From positions 154,612 to 218,611 of the forward strand of contig DAIF01000004.1 of NCBI GenBank assembly GCA_002496015.1: 64,000 nt of DNA, in the 5' to 3' direction. The position numbers and the translations under genes are program-made. The notes under the pieces are model-generated. The model saw only the letters and a list, made by a program, of their open reading frames with translations, ran no database searches and was not told where the DNA came from. Below, in pieces: positions 10,036 to 19,694 of this stretch. Position 1 is the stretch's first letter, and each line of letters begins with the position of its first letter. The stretch comes from Candidatus Pacearchaeota archaeon UBA73 (lineage in GTDB: Archaea > Nanobdellota > Nanobdellia > Pacearchaeales > GW2011-AR1).

Positions 10036-10382
10036 ATGTCTACTTATATGTGCCCGGAATGTGGTAGTTTTTCTTTAGATGAAGATGCTCGTTCCGGAAG
10101 ATTTCAATGTTTAACTCTGACATGCTCTACGGATGTTCCTTTGGAACTTATCTGAGAATCGCGTCCGCTATAACCGGAAGAACTTTTTCATATGAACGAC
10201 ATTATACTGCGAGCGATTTGTTAAACTCTCATGTTCCTCCTGAACTTGTTCAGGACATTATCAATTTAGCTAATCGCGTGGAAAGATTTAAAGATAGAAT
10301 CTTTAAGGAAATTAAAAAAGATCCCCGACGAATCGATGAACTCAGGGCTAATGGAAGTTTGCTAGTTCTGGCTACTACATAG
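10036..10382 (+). pseudogene. Zn-ribbon protein, apparently frameshifted (39-aa ORF 10036-10155 overlapping ORF 10107-10382)
   Basis: MSTYMCPECGSFSLDEDARSGRFQCLTLTC (CxxC...Cx4C) stops at 10155; a second frame continues to 10382. Confidence 0.5.
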
Positions 10383-10858
10383 AACGAGTAGATAATAATG
10401 CGCAGGAGATATAAATTTGAGAATCGTGTAATTTAAGGTGAAAGTTAAGAAAAGTGTTTTAGCTGGTTTTGCTGCGAATGCTCCCTCAAAACGTTATGAC
10501 CAGCGGAAATTTTAGCAGTAATCATATTAAACACGGCCCAGGTGCCAGACTTTTAACAGGAAAGTTTCTTTGACAATAAATGAGGAATTAAAAAATATGG
10601 TCCTCCGGCTGCTGAGATTTCAAAACTGATATCGGAATATCTCACAAAAGCAATCGGAAAACTGCCGGAAGAAGTAAATACCAGAGACAATCTCGGGACG
10701 GACACATGATTAAGACCCTTCGAGTTTTAAAGAAACATACAAGAGTGATGTTCACATGCGGCAAAAATCGTACTATACGCCAAGAAAGCTTCTGGGAGGA
10801 GCATGTCTGCGAGAATAAAAGACAATAACTTTAAATAAATCTTAACGTCTGTATTTTT

Positions 10859-12709
10859 ATGAAGAAACTCCGAAGAAAACTCGCACAGACAATGCTCGGC
10901 TTAGCTTCAACCATCGCACCCTATGCTCCCGCCCAATCAACACAACCATCTTCCCAACCAGCAGAAATTTTCACAAGAGCCCCGCCTGAGGGTTTCAATC
11001 CCGAATTTCCTATTTTCAGCGGCGGCTTCGACACTTACAAAGAGGTTCCAAGACAAACAGAATTTGTCCATCACCCTCTTTCCAAAGAATTTCGTGAAGG
11101 AACTTTCAATCTCGACGAACTTTTAGATAACGCAGAACCAGTTCCTGGAACACACCCTATAAAAAGTCCGGTAGCATTCAGAAGCTTATTTCCAGCGTGC
11201 AGGCAAAACCCTCCTTTCGTTCTCGTTTACGCAACTTCCGCAAACAAAGACATGTGCCCATCATGCGATTACCTTCGTGGAATCGGTTACGACACAAAAG
11301 TAAAAGAATTAATTGCAAGAACTCCACAAGTTTCTTTATTACAAACACACAGGAAAAGCTGGAAAGGTCCGCAACCCCGAATATTCGACAAAGCTCAAAC
11401 ACCACACGTCGCAGGAATACCATATATTTTCATCTGCGCAAACAACAACGGAGAACTCACGCCTCTCGCAGAAGTTCCCAGTGACCGCTGGAAATTAGCC
11501 CTGCCAAGAACAGAAAAATTGCTCCAACAAGTCATTAACGGAGAAATACCACAACCAGTGATCTTGACAGAAGACGATTTCAGAAAGCATAGAATGATTT
11601 TTGAAATTTCTCACGACCCCAATTTAGAGGACCCATTCCGTGACCGGCTTCTTGTTTTAGAAGGTCAGGCAAGATTCGGAGAATCGCATTTTTCAGTTGA
11701 CGAAAAAACAGGAAATCCGGTTTTCACAGGGGATTTAAACGACTGGAGAATTTTCAGTTATGCGATGAATTGTGACGATAGCGAAACCCTCGGTCCCGAA
11801 AGCGGGAGAAGGATTTTATCGCAGGCGAGAGAGGAAACTGCAAGATACTCTTTTGCTGTTAACAGGAAAAATCCTTCTTTTGATGAAGCAGGAAATTGGT
11901 TGAATGAGCAGCTTGGAAGCATAAGAAAATTGCCGCCAGGCGAAAGACAAAGAGAAAGATTTTTTCCAATAATGGAGCAGGCGACAAAGTTTACCCGCGG
12001 CTGCGAACCGCCCTATATTCAAGGAGCTTATGAAAATTATTTAGGCAGACCACCTGCAGAGTACTCTTATGTTTCAGATTTCATCTCTCCAAGTGCAGAG
12101 ACGGTTCTTGAAAAATGGGCTCAGGAAAATGGCGTAACTTTAATCTCTCATAAGCTCCCAACAACAGAAGAAATAGAAACTGTATGGAAAGCAAAAGGAC
12201 TTTCTCCGAAAAAAATCGAAGGTCTTGCTGACGCAAAAAAACAAACAGATTCAGCACTTGCACGAGCCGATAACTTGGGTGTAACTCGTTTTCCTTACTG
12301 TATGCCGTTCGACGTAATTGATGAAATAGTCTTGGCTTCTCCGCGCACATTCGCTTTTGTTGAGAATTACTATGGAGTTTCTAGTTTTGTCACAACACTA
12401 CATGATTTTGATTCTCCAGAGAATGCAAGACAACTTAGAGGATATGTAAATCCAAGAGTTTTGCTTTCCGTCGCTGAACACTTTCAGAATTCGGGCGAAC
12501 ACCCTCTAGTAATATATATTCCCTATCAACTAAGCACACTTGATGCGCACGCCCCTGTAAACTATTTTTCTTCATGGTTAGGCGGCAGCTCCTTTGGACT
12601 TACAGAACTACAAGATGGTGCTACTTGGAAACAAACCCTCCCATATAGTTACCCCGCATATCTTAATCCAGATTCAGAAAAAATGTTAGAAGAATTAAAA
12701 ATAAAATAA
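10859..12709 (+). CDS. secreted protein with N-terminal thioredoxin-like CxxC domain and uncharacterised C-terminal domain
   Basis: signal peptide (MKKLRRKLA...APAQ), VLVYATS..MCPSC, VAGIPYIFI cis-Pro loop. Confidence 0.7.
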   Translation: MKKLRRKLAQTMLGLASTIAPYAPAQSTQPSSQPAEIFTRAPPEGFNPEFPIFSGGFDTYKEVPRQTEFVHHPLSKEFREGTFNLDELLDNAEPVPGTHPIKSPVAFRSLFPACRQNPPFVLVYATSANKDMCPSCDYLRGIGYDTKVKELIARTPQVSLLQTHRKSWKGPQPRIFDKAQTPHVAGIPYIFICANNNGELTPLAEVPSDRWKLALPRTEKLLQQVINGEIPQPVILTEDDFRKHRMIFEISHDPNLEDPFRDRLLVLEGQARFGESHFSVDEKTGNPVFTGDLNDWRIFSYAMNCDDSETLGPESGRRILSQAREETARYSFAVNRKNPSFDEAGNWLNEQLGSIRKLPPGERQRERFFPIMEQATKFTRGCEPPYIQGAYENYLGRPPAEYSYVSDFISPSAETVLEKWAQENGVTLISHKLPTTEEIETVWKAKGLSPKKIEGLADAKKQTDSALARADNLGVTRFPYCMPFDVIDEIVLASPRTFAFVENYYGVSSFVTTLHDFDSPENARQLRGYVNPRVLLSVAEHFQNSGEHPLVIYIPYQLSTLDAHAPVNYFSSWLGGSSFGLTELQDGATWKQTLPYSYPAYLNPDSEKMLEELKIK

Positions 12710-12732
12710 AAAATAAATCTATTTTTGATTAG

Positions 12733-13119
12733 CTATCTTATCAAGCCCCAAGTTATTCCTGAGGTATCACATGCTCCGCCAGAACCTTCACGTGTGCAAG
12801 TTGTATACATGCCACATGAAACTGGACCGGTCCAACTTCCTCCGGAACAAGTCCATACGCATCCTCCACCACCTTGTGTTAGACATTGTGTAGCACCTTC
12901 CGGCGAACAAGAGCCAGACGGGCCTCCAGCGGAATTGCATCTGTGGACGTCACCATCCGTAACACCCCAGTCAGGGAATCCCGGTGCTCCTCCAGCCGAG
13001 ACGCTTGTGCTCGGAGAAGTGGTTTTTTCACTGAAAAACATAGGTGTTGTTGCTGCGTAAACACCCACGGCAGTCAGGATAACCACTATTCCAAAAATTG
13101 CAAATATTGATTTTTTCAT
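12733..13119 (-). CDS. secreted Gly/Cys-rich small protein (8 Cys)
   Basis: signal peptide MKKSIFAIFGIVVILTAVGVYA, GGAGGTG ribosome-binding site, 8 Cys in the last ~70 aa. Confidence 0.8.
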   Translation of the reverse strand: MKKSIFAIFGIVVILTAVGVYAATTPMFFSEKTTSPSTSVSAGGAPGFPDWGVTDGDVHRCNSAGGPSGSCSPEGATQCLTQGGGGCVWTCSGGSWTGPVSCGMYTTCTREGSGGACDTSGITWGLIR

Positions 13120-13143
13120 TTTACACCTCCTTTCAGCTTATGA

Positions 13144-15063
13144 TTATTCATTCGGAACCTCATCAGTCCACGCTGAAGAGAAAATCTCATCAGCTATTTT
13201 TAGTGAGCCATACTTTTCATCCGGAAACGCGCAGGGCCATGTTATTCCATAAGCCGCCGCAGTAACTTTTCCATCAGCGACAAAAAACGCAGGGAAAAGC
13301 ACGCCTTTCCTTGTATTGTATGTCTGAATTCCGCACCACTCAAACCATAACCCCTCTCTTTCCATGCCATTTCCCGCGAGATAAAGAACTTGCGTGTCGG
13401 GATTTGCAAGAGCTATTTTTTCTGCTCGCCCTCTTTCATCATTGCACGAAACAAGCGAACGCGGCGCTCTATCAATAAGATAATCAACCACAACATGAGG
13501 AGTTTGTGAAGGAACAACTACCAAGCCGGATGCAATTTCAGCGAGAGCAGAGTCATCTCTTTTATGACGATGCTCAACGACTTCATCAACATATCCTTCC
13601 GGAAATCTGCTCAATCTTCCTCGCAACTCCAAATCAGAAATTTCATTTCTTACATAATTTACATTTGTGGCGATAAGCGCCTGTTCCAATCTTGGATGCA
13701 AAGGAGTTCCGTCATAAACAATAATTGGACTTTCATTATCAAGTATGCCTTCAAAATAACAATCAACTGAGTCGAAGACTCCAGCGAAATAATTAGGCAA
13801 CTCTGTTCTGCAGTGGTCATTCCCTTGTTTTATTAATTCAACTCTTTCAGGCATCTCTCCAGGGTCACAATTCGGTTTTGTAGTACTTTGATAACCTCCT
13901 TCTATCAAGAGAGCATCTCTTCTTTCAAACCACGTTAAAGGAGGATAAACTTTTTCTCTTAGCATTTGCCTGCCAATTTCTGAAAAGAAATATCTGTTTC
14001 TTGCCCCTGTTTTTATAAGCTGGCCGGTTCTTAGAGTTATGACGTTGTCTTCGAATTTTCTCGTTGCCTGATGTCGCATCATTAAAATCTCTTCGGGAAT
14101 TTCGTGCTCTTCTGCTAATTTTTTTACATCATTATATCTTCTCCCTAAAATCGCCTGCTGAATCTGTTCAGGAAACAGCCAATTTTTCCCCATACTCCTC
14201 TCAACTTCCATCCGCATCATTTCAATTGCCCTTCTGGCATCATTGGGAATTTCATATTCCATTGCTAGCCTGTCTAAAACATCAAACCTCATCTCTGAAA
14301 CTGCTTCTTGAACTTTTTCAGGAATTTCACTTCTCTGCATTCTTTCTGCAATATCAAATTGTATCATAGCAATGGCCTGTTGAACATCAGAAATCTTCCA
14401 CCTTACTTGGAATCTTTCGTCATCCACATTAGAAATTCTGTCTTGAAGACCATGCTCTGCGAGAAAAATCGGAACTCCTTTTTCAAAAAGGGCATAATCT
14501 GCTGTAAAAATCCCATTTTCCATTGGGGAAGTTGACCGCTCTTCCTGACCGGAAACTCTCATTAATCTCTGATATGCAGGATATATCGAAAGAGGAACGT
14601 CACCATCGACAATTTCAAATTTTCCATCACGTTTTCCTAAAATCATTCCACGTGGATAACTCGGTTTTGTTCCTGATTTCGTAAAAGCTTCTCGAACCGC
14701 TTCCTTATGCGCAACGTCGGACAAAACAGCAAATCCCACATTTTCCGGATACAAATCTCGCTGCCTCGCAAGCCACTCAAATGAAGGTCGATTTTTCCGA
14801 CAATAAAGACAATTAAAAGAATCAGCAGTTACAAAAACAAACATTTTTTCCGCAGTTTCAGGATTAAAATCATTAAGATTGTATTCTCCGCCAGGACGAA
14901 GAGACTTTATAGCTCCGTCGAGAGTTTCACTCGCATTTTCCTTAGATATCTGACGAATGGGCCTCTGTTCTAAAACTGAATAAGAATCCTGCGCAGAGGT
15001 CGCTGGCTGGAACAATATCGATGCCAATCCGCCAAAAAGTGCCGCAAGGGCTTTCTTTCGCAT
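13144..15063 (-). CDS. secreted thioredoxin-like CxxC protein, distant paralog of 10859-12709
   Basis: signal peptide ending SAQ, FVFVTADSFNCLYC, SYPRGMIL; shared block DSALA..P..VVD.L...PR. Confidence 0.7.
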   Translation of the reverse strand: MRKKALAALFGGLASILFQPATSAQDSYSVLEQRPIRQISKENASETLDGAIKSLRPGGEYNLNDFNPETAEKMFVFVTADSFNCLYCRKNRPSFEWLARQRDLYPENVGFAVLSDVAHKEAVREAFTKSGTKPSYPRGMILGKRDGKFEIVDGDVPLSIYPAYQRLMRVSGQEERSTSPMENGIFTADYALFEKGVPIFLAEHGLQDRISNVDDERFQVRWKISDVQQAIAMIQFDIAERMQRSEIPEKVQEAVSEMRFDVLDRLAMEYEIPNDARRAIEMMRMEVERSMGKNWLFPEQIQQAILGRRYNDVKKLAEEHEIPEEILMMRHQATRKFEDNVITLRTGQLIKTGARNRYFFSEIGRQMLREKVYPPLTWFERRDALLIEGGYQSTTKPNCDPGEMPERVELIKQGNDHCRTELPNYFAGVFDSVDCYFEGILDNESPIIVYDGTPLHPRLEQALIATNVNYVRNEISDLELRGRLSRFPEGYVDEVVEHRHKRDDSALAEIASGLVVVPSQTPHVVVDYLIDRAPRSLVSCNDERGRAEKIALANPDTQVLYLAGNGMEREGLWFEWCGIQTYNTRKGVLFPAFFVADGKVTAAAYGITWPCAFPDEKYGSLKIADEIFSSAWTDEVPNE

Positions 15064-15221
15064 AAATATCCAAAGCGTTACTACTTATAAATTTATTCTT
15101 TAATAGAACAAAATCACAAAATTCTCAGATTTTATACCTTTATATCTAAAAACTCTTTTTGTATCTCCTATAAAATAGTCAAAAACCCAAATTTTATAAA
15201 TCTCAATACCTCACCAAATAA

Positions 15222-16241
15222 ATGGAAATCCGAGAATGTGAACGCTACACCGCAGAACTTTCAGCTTTATTTAGAAAACTTCATAGAGATAATCGTCTCA
15301 GCACATCAATCTTAGGATATATCCTTGGCGGTGAAAAAAGAGCAGATGCGCGTCAGGAAACCATTGACAAAATAATTGATTTAACTGCACAACCAAATGC
15401 CAAAAAAATTCTTCCCGCCTTGCAAGAATTTTATCAAAATCAAAAAAGCACAAACGTTCCTTCTGCAAAAAGAACTCTTAGAAAAGCAATCGCCGCTTCG
15501 CTCTTACTTGGAACAGCCGCGGCAATTAGAAATGTATGCTACATTACATTCGCAACCGCAAAAGCGTCTCTTTGGCTTCAGGACCATCCTGACGGTGTTG
15601 ACCCCGGAATTCAACTCGCGAATAATCGCCTCTGGTTTTACAGCGCTGTTGCTGCTCCGCTCGTCATCGGTGCAGCCACTTATGCCACCTCCCGCATTTC
15701 AGAAAGTTTCCGTAGGAAAAGAGAGCTCGCGCACCTCAATAAAGGTTTAGAAGAAATTATTTCTGAAACAGATGCTCCTGTAACCACCACAACACCGACG
15801 GAAATTCCAAGCGCGCTCATATCAGAAGTGATTCATCATCCGCCGCGAAATCTAAAACAATTAGTGGACGCTCTCGCACGAATCTCATGTCACACCCCGA
15901 CTTACCCGGACGCATCAAAAGTTTACATCCCTGAACCAATTAAAAAAGTAAACTACAAAAAAGCAGCAGTCGTAGGCGCAGCAGCCGGAGCATTAATCGG
16001 AGCAGCGCACACATTTTTTACTTATCACGACATTCCAATTAACGCAAGAAACGTACTCTACTTTCAGGACTCTCTCGTAAATTCGACAACCATCGACATG
16101 CTTCGCGGAGTCGGAACCTCACTCGCAGATTATCTTTCTACCGGAAAGTTTTTAGCATATGCCACTCTTGGAGCTACAGCAAATGTCGCATGGAAAACCC
16201 TCGCTAAAACCGCACGAACAGCACTCAACAACCTCATCTGA
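15222..16241 (+). CDS. hypothetical membrane-associated protein with Ala/Gly-rich helices
   Basis: 339-aa ORF, upstream TATA, two pairs of small-residue-rich hydrophobic helices. Confidence 0.65.
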   Translation: MEIRECERYTAELSALFRKLHRDNRLSTSILGYILGGEKRADARQETIDKIIDLTAQPNAKKILPALQEFYQNQKSTNVPSAKRTLRKAIAASLLLGTAAAIRNVCYITFATAKASLWLQDHPDGVDPGIQLANNRLWFYSAVAAPLVIGAATYATSRISESFRRKRELAHLNKGLEEIISETDAPVTTTTPTEIPSALISEVIHHPPRNLKQLVDALARISCHTPTYPDASKVYIPEPIKKVNYKKAAVVGAAAGALIGAAHTFFTYHDIPINARNVLYFQDSLVNSTTIDMLRGVGTSLADYLSTGKFLAYATLGATANVAWKTLAKTARTALNNLI

Positions 16242-16848
16242 GAGATATTTCAGGATTTGCGCAGGAGTCCTCTTAATTATCGCACTAATTCACTTAGGAA
16301 TCCTTCTCGTTCAGCACGATTATCCTTCTCTATTTTGGTTTTGTTACCATGTGTTAATTGTTTTAATTATAGGACTCTTTTTTCGAAATAATTTTCTCCT
16401 CAGCACAGCAGTTACAGCAACCTTTGTAATTAGTATTCTTTGGATTATAGACATACTTAGTTTTTCAATATCCGGAGAATTATCCATCGGAATTTTTACT
16501 TATCTTCTCGGCTTGAACGCAATAAAATTATTAAACACAGCGTATCATTTTTTAATTTTGCCGGTTTCGATTCTCGCGGTCTTTTCGATGAAACAATTTC
16601 ACAAACATTCTTGGATTGGTGCATCCGCACTCATTCTGATTTCTTTTCTTCTTTCGTTTTTCTTAGCTTCCAACAATACAAATTGTGTCAATGCAGAATG
16701 CAATCTCGGCGTTCTCTCGCCCTTAAACTTCTTGTACAACACAATAATTCCCCCTTTTGTTATAAACTGGATTTTTATGACTTTCGTCGTGTTTATCCCA
16801 ACACACTTCTTTTTTAGAAAGATTTTAATTTGGATTAGAAAACCTTAA
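16159..16848 (+). CDS. polytopic membrane protein (start uncertain)
   Basis: ~7 hydrophobic segments beginning near 16240; WFCYH, TAYH and NTNCV motifs. Confidence 0.65.
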   Translation: MPLLELQQMSHGKPSLKPHEQHSTTSSERYFRICAGVLLIIALIHLGILLVQHDYPSLFWFCYHVLIVLIIGLFFRNNFLLSTAVTATFVISILWIIDILSFSISGELSIGIFTYLLGLNAIKLLNTAYHFLILPVSILAVFSMKQFHKHSWIGASALILISFLLSFFLASNNTNCVNAECNLGVLSPLNFLYNTIIPPFVINWIFMTFVVFIPTHFFFRKILIWIRKP

Positions 16849-17446
16849 ATTGTATATCCTATTTCAAATGACGCCCACTTTTCCTTTTCGCAATGCTGTT
16901 GACAATACAATCTTTCCTGAGGTCCTCGAGGGTCAGGAAATCCAGCTGTGCAACAAGCATAACAATCGTCTTGGGTCTTACAATTCTCAGAACAATCTTC
17001 ATACCCTTCATATATCCACCAATCAGTACTGCATGGCGGGTCCTTTGTTTTTGATTCATCCGCCGCAAAAATAATGTCGCCAGCACCTCCACCGAGACCT
17101 CCAACACCCATAGTTTTTCCACCAGATGGACTTCTTCCTCCAGCCATAACTAATATTCCATAGACCGCCTCCCAGTCAGCTTCTTTCCCTTCCGGTGATG
17201 ACTTCATCTCTTTAGCAATTACAGTCGCTTCATCAAGAGTTACTTCTTGATTCAAATCATAACCTGCATTTATCAAATCATTAATAACAGCATTTTTCTG
17301 ACTTTCACTCAAAATGTTCTGTTCACTCAAAATTTTATTCGCGTTCATTCTGCCCGAATTCTTAAAAACCGCAGTCGCCCCAATGCTCCCAGCAATAAAA
17401 ATTAATAGAACTCCAAAAATATCAATACCTTAAATTTGTATTGCAT
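16845..17446 (-). CDS. secreted protein with 8-Cys C-terminal domain; signal peptide frameshifted at an A5/T5 run (17415-17419)
   Basis: one extra T gives MQYKFKVLIFFGVLLIFIAGSIGATAVFK in frame with ORF 16845-17348; Gly-rich linker then 8 Cys. Confidence 0.7.
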
Positions 17447-17489
17447 CCTTTTCCCATTTTTTCAAAGTTTAAATACTTTTCTATCATAC

Positions 17490-17966
17490 ACACCAGAGGA
17501 AATTGAGGCAGTTCAAGTTTTTTCTAAAAGATTGGTTGAAGATTTTGGTTACAAAAAAGAACAAATACAAACACGACCGCAGTTTAGAGTAAGAAGGCGA
17601 CCATCAGACGAAGATATAAAAAAAGGTTATCCTGTTGATATAGCTGTTTTTAACAACGAAAAGAAAAACCCAGATGACTTATACATAATAGTTGAGTGCA
17701 AACAGAAGAGAAGGCAAGACGGACAAAAACAACTTAAAATTTATATGAATTTATCTTCTGCAAAAATAGGAGTTTGGTTTAATGGGAGAGAACATCTTTA
17801 TCTCTTAAAATATGTTGATGATGATAATAACATTCAATATTTAGAAAAGGGAATAATAAAACAAATTAAGGAAAACGTGAATAAAGCATTTGAATTAAAA
17901 ACAGAGAAAAAATTACTAATCAGAAAAGCAAAAGCGTTGATAGAAAACATATTGTTGAATGAATAA
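17490..17966 (+). pseudogene. restriction-modification remnant: HsdR-N-type nuclease domain joined to an HsdS-like C-terminal tail
   Basis: TPEE...GY...VDIAVF...IIVECK...QLKIYM...GVWFNG nuclease motifs followed directly by IKENVNKAFEL...AKALIE; no methyltransferase and no proper start. Confidence 0.75.
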
Positions 17967-18044
17967 TTATTTTTTCTTTAACTCTTTCCTAATTTTTTTA
18001 TTTAAATTAAGACCCTCTAACGCAACAATGTACTATCATACAAC

Positions 18045-18071
18045 ATCTATTTTCTCATTCCCTCAAAAATC
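18045..18071. repeat. 27-bp copy of the 3' end of the endonuclease IV gene (partner 18919-18945), flanking the NYN gene
   Basis: atctattttctcattccctcaaaaatc vs atctattttctcattctctcaaaaatc (26/27 identical). Confidence 0.85.
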
Positions 18072-18094
18072 CCCAACCTCAAATCTTCCAAAAA

Positions 18095-18832
18095 TCATTT
18101 TAACCTCGCTGTTTCAAAATCTTCTTTAGTAATTTTTATATAATTCCCAACAGAATCAACAAGCTTGTTTGATTTAGAAAACGGGCTGGCTCTTTTTTTC
18201 TCAAAATAAGTCCACAGCATCACAGTTATTTCTTGTTTTTTTAGCTTTTCAACTACTGGAACGAAATCGCTGTCGCCTGACAGAAGAACAACTTCTTTGA
18301 TGGATGGAAAATCTTTTTCAATTCCTACCATGTCAATTCCTAAAAGCATATCAACGCCTTTCTGCCGAAAGACAAATTTATCACCAATTTTCAACCTTTG
18401 AGTTCTGCCTTCACGAATGTCTATTCCTTCCTTTCTTAGGTAAGAGATAAATTTATCATAAGATTCTTTCTTCTTTCTCTCATCCTCTGTTGGAGACTGA
18501 CTTTGAAAGGGAGGAGCATCATAAAAGAAAATCTTTTCTACATAGCAACTATTCTTTTGAGCAAGATTAAAAACAAACTTCTTAATGCTATACTTCAAAC
18601 CTTCTTTAAAGAGATAATTCCTTAACCGCAACAAATAGGCATTGTCAATAAATACAACCACAGAAACAAAATCATCTGGCGACCCCGAAAGATCACCAGG
18701 GATTATCATACTACCCTTAACTTCATCATCTTTATAAATTTTTTCTTTCACCGTCTTATTAATTTGCTTGGAACTCCAACACCCCTCGCCCTTTTTGTTT
18801 AGATAATCTGTTCTTTCCTTTGAAGTATTCAA
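18095..18832 (-). CDS. NYN-domain (PIN-like, LabA/DUF88) nuclease; true start probably downstream of 18832
   Basis: VFIDNAYL, FFYDA, QKGVDMLLGIDM, LLSGDSDFVP motifs. Confidence 0.9.
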   Translation of the reverse strand: MNTSKERTDYLNKKGEGCWSSKQINKTVKEKIYKDDEVKGSMIIPGDLSGSPDDFVSVVVFIDNAYLLRLRNYLFKEGLKYSIKKFVFNLAQKNSCYVEKIFFYDAPPFQSQSPTEDERKKKESYDKFISYLRKEGIDIREGRTQRLKIGDKFVFRQKGVDMLLGIDMVGIEKDFPSIKEVVLLSGDSDFVPVVEKLKKQEITVMLWTYFEKKRASPFSKSNKLVDSVGNYIKITKEDFETARLK

Positions 18833-18920
18833 AGAAATAGGCCTTAAAATACTTTACAAATTTAGTTTTCAAAACCACACAAATCTGATTGTTAATTATA
18901 ACCTCCCTGTTCTGAACAAT

Positions 18921-19694
18921 CTATTTTCTCATTCTCTCAAAAATCTTCAGTCCTTCCACAGAATCCTCCACCAACGTCGGCGATTCATTAATAATCCTGA
19001 TATCTTTATCCCCCGGCAAATTTTTCAGCAACCCAACCCATGCCTCTCGCGAAGTAGAAACGTGATGCCTCTCACCCTTCTCGCCATAAACAATTCCCGA
19101 AAAATGACAATGCCACTCTTTCTGCGGAAATAATCTTTTTATTTTCTCATAATCTACGCGCCCCTCGCGCGCAAGAACGTGCGCAAAATCAATGCAAAAT
19201 CCACATCCTGTTTCCTTCACAAGTTGTGAAACTTCCTCAACACTCCCAAAAACATTTACCTTGCCCATCGTCTCCGGCGCAATTTTAATTTTCCATCCAT
19301 TTTTCCGAATTGAATCCATTATCTCTCTCACACCTCCACAAATCACGGAAAAAGCTTCCGATTTATTTTTCCCGTAAAATCCCGGATGAAAAACAACAAC
19401 CTTCGCATTCAACAGTTCTCCAATTTTGCAACAATCTAAAATTCTTTTTTTAGTTGCCTCGCGCTTCGCCTTCTCCGAAGAATTCAAATTTACCCAATAT
19501 GGCGCATGAATACTCAACTCAATATCCAACTCGCGCGCCCTTTTCCCAATCCTCAAAGCATCCTCTTCTTTCTTAATATAAACTCCGTAAGTAAACGCAA
19601 TCTCGCATGCCCTCAAACCAAGACAATGATACTTTTCAAGTCTCTCTTCCGCTTCCTTCACCGGCCCAAGCCCCGCAGGTCCAAATCTTATCAT
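18921..19694 (-). CDS. nfo: endonuclease IV (AP endonuclease 2, TIM barrel)
   Basis: IHAPYWVNL, VFHPG, PETMGK, CIDFAH, HCHFSG, ERHH, INESP. Confidence 0.9.
   Translation of the reverse strand: MIRFGPAGLGPVKEAEERLEKYHCLGLRACEIAFTYGVYIKKEEDALRIGKRARELDIELSIHAPYWVNLNSSEKAKREATKKRILDCCKIGELLNAKVVVFHPGFYGKNKSEAFSVICGGVREIMDSIRKNGWKIKIAPETMGKVNVFGSVEEVSQLVKETGCGFCIDFAHVLAREGRVDYEKIKRLFPQKEWHCHFSGIVYGEKGERHHVSTSREAWVGLLKNLPGDKDIRIINESPTLVEDSVEGLKIFERMRK

Noticed and set aside
12725-13060. Pro-rich plus-strand ORF
   Set aside because: Antisense to the Gly/Cys-rich peptide gene, which has the RBS and signal peptide.
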